Below are positions 59,392 through 64,000 of a stretch of DNA of 64,000 nucleotides, in pieces (the stretch's first letter is position 1; every line of letters begins with the position of its first letter). Origin of the DNA: a bacterium (lineage in GTDB: Bacteria; UBA8248; JACPRG01; G963555815); assembly GCA_963555815.3 (NCBI GenBank), contig CAUVWX020000001.1, positions 288,001 to 352,000 on the forward strand, written 5' to 3'. A model generated the notes under the pieces. The model ran no database searches. It saw nothing but the letters and a program-made list of their open reading frames with translations, and was not told the DNA's origin. A program made the translations under genes and the position numbers.

Positions 59392-60141
59392 TCACGCCGT
59401 TGCCTCTTGCATGACGGATTCGGGGATGTCGAAATTGGCGTAGGCGTGCTGGACGTCGTCGTGGTCCTCCAGGGCCTCCATGAGGCGAAGGACCTGCTTG
59501 GCAGCGGCCCCTTCAAGCCGAAGGGTGTTCTTTGGAATCTGCGTCACGTCGGCCGAAGCCAGGGGGATTCCCTTCGCGGTCAGGGCCTCTTTCACACTTT
59601 CAAAGTCTTCAGGTCTTGCCGTGATCTCAAAGAAACTTTCTTCTTGCTTCAGGTCTTCCGCCCCCGCCTCCAGGGCCAGCTCCATGAGGGACTCCTCCTC
59701 AGCCCGGCCCCGCTCCACCAAGACGATCCCTTTCATCTCGAACATCCAGGAGACAGCCCCCGCCTCGACGAGGCTACCCCCGTTCTTCGTAAAGAGCTTC
59801 CGCAACTCAGCCACTGTCCTGTTCCGATTGTCCGTCAGGGCCTGGGTGAGGATGGCGACCCCGCCCGCTCCATAACCTTCCAGCGTCAGCTCTTCATAGG
59901 AAACGCCGGGGAGTTCCCCCGTCCCCTTCTTGATGGCGCGCTCCACATTATCGGCGGGCATGTTGGCGGCCCTGGCGGCAGCGATAGCGGTCCGAAGACG
60001 GGGGTTGCCCCCAGGGTCCCCCCCGCCAAGACGCGCGGCCACGGTGACCTCCTTGATGAGCCTGGAGAAGACCTTCCCCCGCTTCGCATCGGCCGCCGAC
60101 TTTTTGTGACGAATCGAAGACCACTTCGAATGGCCGGACAT
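59392..60141 (-). CDS. yebC: YebC/PmpR family protein
   Basis: MSGHSKW, NPRLR, EGYG-GG, TDN-NRT and LEDHDDVQ motifs. Confidence 0.96.
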   Translation of the reverse strand: MSGHSKWSSIRHKKSAADAKRGKVFSRLIKEVTVAARLGGGDPGGNPRLRTAIAAARAANMPADNVERAIKKGTGELPGVSYEELTLEGYGAGGVAILTQALTDNRNRTVAELRKLFTKNGGSLVEAGAVSWMFEMKGIVLVERGRAEEESLMELALEAGAEDLKQEESFFEITARPEDFESVKEALTAKGIPLASADVTQIPKNTLRLEGAAAKQVLRLMEALEDHDDVQHAYANFDIPESVMQEATA

Positions 60142-60256
60142 GGGACATCCTCCCCGGGCCCTCGCCAGGACACCTTAACGGAACAATTAGAATATACTTT
60201 TCGGTACCACCTTTTGCCCTAAAAAGTCAAGCCAGTGGGTTGCGTTCCTACTTGGC

Positions 60257-60622
60257 TCAAAGCGATTTCAGGAAGTGGACGAGCTGCCAGATCTCCTCCT
60301 CGGAAAGCTGACGCCCAAAAGGGGCCATCGGTGTCCCCGGCACTCCATTGGCGATCGTCTCGAAGATGGCCTCGTCGGAGGCGCCGTATTTGAGCTCTTC
60401 ACGAGTAAAATCGCGCGGCTTGGGATTGAGGATTCCTGCGGCTGGCCCCTGCCCGTCTCCCTTTTCCCCGTGACAAAAGAAACATTTTTGAAGATAGACC
60501 GCCTGGCCCTTCGCCACCGAATCGGGGGTTGAAACCCTGGTGGGAGCCGAGGGGGTCTCCGCCAAAGAACGACCCAGGAGGAAAAAACCCAACAGGATGA
60601 ACGCGATGCCCGTCTTCTTCAT
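60257..60622 (-). CDS. Monoheme cytochrome c
   Basis: Signal peptide MKKTGIAF..., CFFCH heme motif, PKPRDFT and GTPM axial Met. Confidence 0.9.
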   Translation of the reverse strand: MKKTGIAFILLGFFLLGRSLAETPSAPTRVSTPDSVAKGQAVYLQKCFFCHGEKGDGQGPAAGILNPKPRDFTREELKYGASDEAIFETIANGVPGTPMAPFGRQLSEEEIWQLVHFLKSL

Positions 60623-60717
60623 AGAAAATCCCCACGGTTGTGCCCCCGCACAGGGGCGCAACCCCTTCGGAGGGGCGCTAAGCCGGGAAGGGGGATTTTC
60701 TATGAAGAAGACGGGCA
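60607..60717. repeat. Perfect 27-bp inverted repeat spanning the cytochrome c start
   Basis: TGCCCGTCTTCTTCATAGAAAATCCCC (60607-33) and GGGGATTTTCTATGAAGAAGACGGGCA (60691-717), with a 57-nt spacer. Confidence 0.95.
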
Positions 60718-60931
60718 AGGTAAAACTCAGGGTCTCCCCCTATCGGGCCCTTGGCCAAAGCCTCTTGAAGGGCCTGATTGCCCGCAAGGGGCCGAGCGGG
60801 AAGCCCCCCCTCCTCGCGGCGAATCACGAAAGTCTCCAGGGCGAAGCAGGGAGAAGGCTCATTGGAATGCGGTCGATTTGACGTTAACGAAAGGGGTACA
60901 AGACCCCCTTCACGTGATCTTAGTTTGATCC

Positions 60932-61894
60932 CTATTCGGCGTCTGTCGGCTTTGAGACCCGGCCGGCCACGAGAACCGAGGGGAGCTGGAAGGTGACATC
61001 TTCATCTGGCCCCTGTAACTCCTCCACCCGGGTGACCCCCTGCTCCTGAAGACAGCGGATGAGTTCCTCGACGAGGAACTCCGGCGTCGAGGCGCCCGCC
61101 GTGATCCCCACCCGCTTCACCCCGTCGAGCCAGGCCGGGTCCACCTCTGAGGCCCGGTCGATGAGGTAGGCCCGGGCGCCCGCGGCCTCCGCCACCTCCT
61201 TGAGGCGCATGGAGTTGGAGCTGTTCCGAGAGCCGAGGACCAGGATGAGGTCGGCCCCCTGGGCCATTGTCTTCACCGCCATCTGACGATTTTGGGTGGC
61301 GTAGCAGATATCGTCCTTGCCCGGAAGGGTGAGAGCGGGGAACTTTTTCCTGAGAGCGGCGACCACTTCAGCCGAGTCGTCCAGGCTGAGGGTGGTCTGG
61401 GTAAGACAGACGACCTTCTGAGGGTCAGGGACCTGCAAGCCGGCCACGTCCTCCACGTCGCTCACCACCTGAATGTGGTCCGGGGCCTCCCCGAGGGTGC
61501 CGATGACCTCATCGTGGTCCAGGTGACCCACCAGGATGACGCCATAACCCTCTCGGACGTAGCGCTTCACCTCGAAGTGGACCTTGGTGACGAGGGGGCA
61601 GGTGGCGTCCAAGATGCGAAGCCCTCGCTCTTTGGCGTCCTGCACGACCCGGGGGGAGATACCGTGGGCGCTGAAGATGGTGATGGCCCCTTCTGGGACC
61701 TCGGAGAGCTCCTCGACAAAGATGGCCCCCTTCTCCTTCAGCTCTTCCACCACAAAGCGGTTATGAACGATCTCCTTTCGAACATAGATGGGAGGGCCGT
61801 AGATGAGGAGTGCCTGTTCGACCACTTCGATGGCCCGGTCCACGCCCGCACAAAAGCCGCGGGGTTTTGCCAGAACCAGATTCTCAGGCGCCAT
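60932..61894 (-). CDS. ispH: 4-hydroxy-3-methylbut-2-enyl diphosphate reductase
   Basis: PRGFCAGV, IVHN, DATCPLV, QTTL, ICYATQNRQ, SSNS and TAGASTP motifs. Start is MAPEN. Confidence 0.97.
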   Translation of the reverse strand: MAPENLVLAKPRGFCAGVDRAIEVVEQALLIYGPPIYVRKEIVHNRFVVEELKEKGAIFVEELSEVPEGAITIFSAHGISPRVVQDAKERGLRILDATCPLVTKVHFEVKRYVREGYGVILVGHLDHDEVIGTLGEAPDHIQVVSDVEDVAGLQVPDPQKVVCLTQTTLSLDDSAEVVAALRKKFPALTLPGKDDICYATQNRQMAVKTMAQGADLILVLGSRNSSNSMRLKEVAEAAGARAYLIDRASEVDPAWLDGVKRVGITAGASTPEFLVEELIRCLQEQGVTRVEELQGPDEDVTFQLPSVLVAGRVSKPTDAE

Positions 61895-61983
61895 AAAGGA
61901 AATCCTCCATATCAGAAGCGGTGGGATCTTACCAGCCCCTCTCGGACAGCGCCACCCCCTTTTGCCGCCTCTGCGAGACAAAT

Positions 61984-62020
61984 AAAAACCCCGACCGCAC
62001 GGACACGGCCGGGGTTTTTT
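61984..62020. terminator. rRNA operon terminator
   Basis: AAAAACCCCG...CGGGGTTTTTT hairpin directly after the 5S gene. Confidence 0.85.
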
Positions 62021-62026
62021 GAAAAA

Positions 62027-62146
62027 TTCTCGGCGGCGACCTACTCTCCCACGCAGTCGCCCGCGCAGTACCATCGGCGCTAGAGGGCTTAACTACCGTG
62101 TTCAGGATGGGAACGGGTGGATCCCCCCCGCCATAACCACCGAGAA
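62027..62146 (-). rRNA. rrf: 5S rRNA
   Basis: Plus strand CTACTCTCCCAC...AGTACCATCGGC...TTCAGGATGGGAACGGGTG is the complement of conserved 5S sequence. Confidence 0.95.
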
Positions 62147-62214
62147 ACCTTTGATCACTGAATAGGGCCCTTGGGGGCCGAGCCAGAAGCAACCTTATTT
62201 TTAAGGATGATGCA

Positions 62215-64000
<1,786 letters not shown>

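Overview
GC-rich bacterial chromosomal window made mostly of core genes: nrnA, an orphan nuoI, trxB, an aldehyde dehydrogenase, an archaeal-type endonuclease IV, rsmI, nadE, a complete Na+-pumping carboxylase/decarboxylase operon, oppD/F, tatA/C, pyrF, purA, hisZ, hisC, a sigma70 factor, trmB, yebC, ispH and the 5S/23S end of an rRNA operon. There are two decaying tRNA-anchored islands. The first is the end of a serine-recombinase element at tRNA-Asn (1-2217). The second is a ~11-13 kb mosaic next to tRNA-Thr, bracketed by a duplicated WD40 gene start. It holds a deletion-fused PLD/type ISP restriction-modification remnant, two IS3 scraps, and an apparently intact IS1-family element with 22-bp TIRs carrying a HicBA-like three-gene cargo. 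The best candidates for undescribed biology are: (i) a GNAT(Acetyltransf_6/FemAB-like)-MshA-like glycosyltransferase-PIG-L deacetylase operon that looks like a mycothiol/bacillithiol-type pathway with no cysteine ligase in the window; (ii) a perfect 27-bp inverted repeat that copies the RBS and first codons of a cytochrome c gene around a structured spacer; (iii) the IS1-family cargo module; (iv) tandem porin paralogs, one broken by a single in-frame TGA. All family calls come from motif recognition by eye; no database searches were run.
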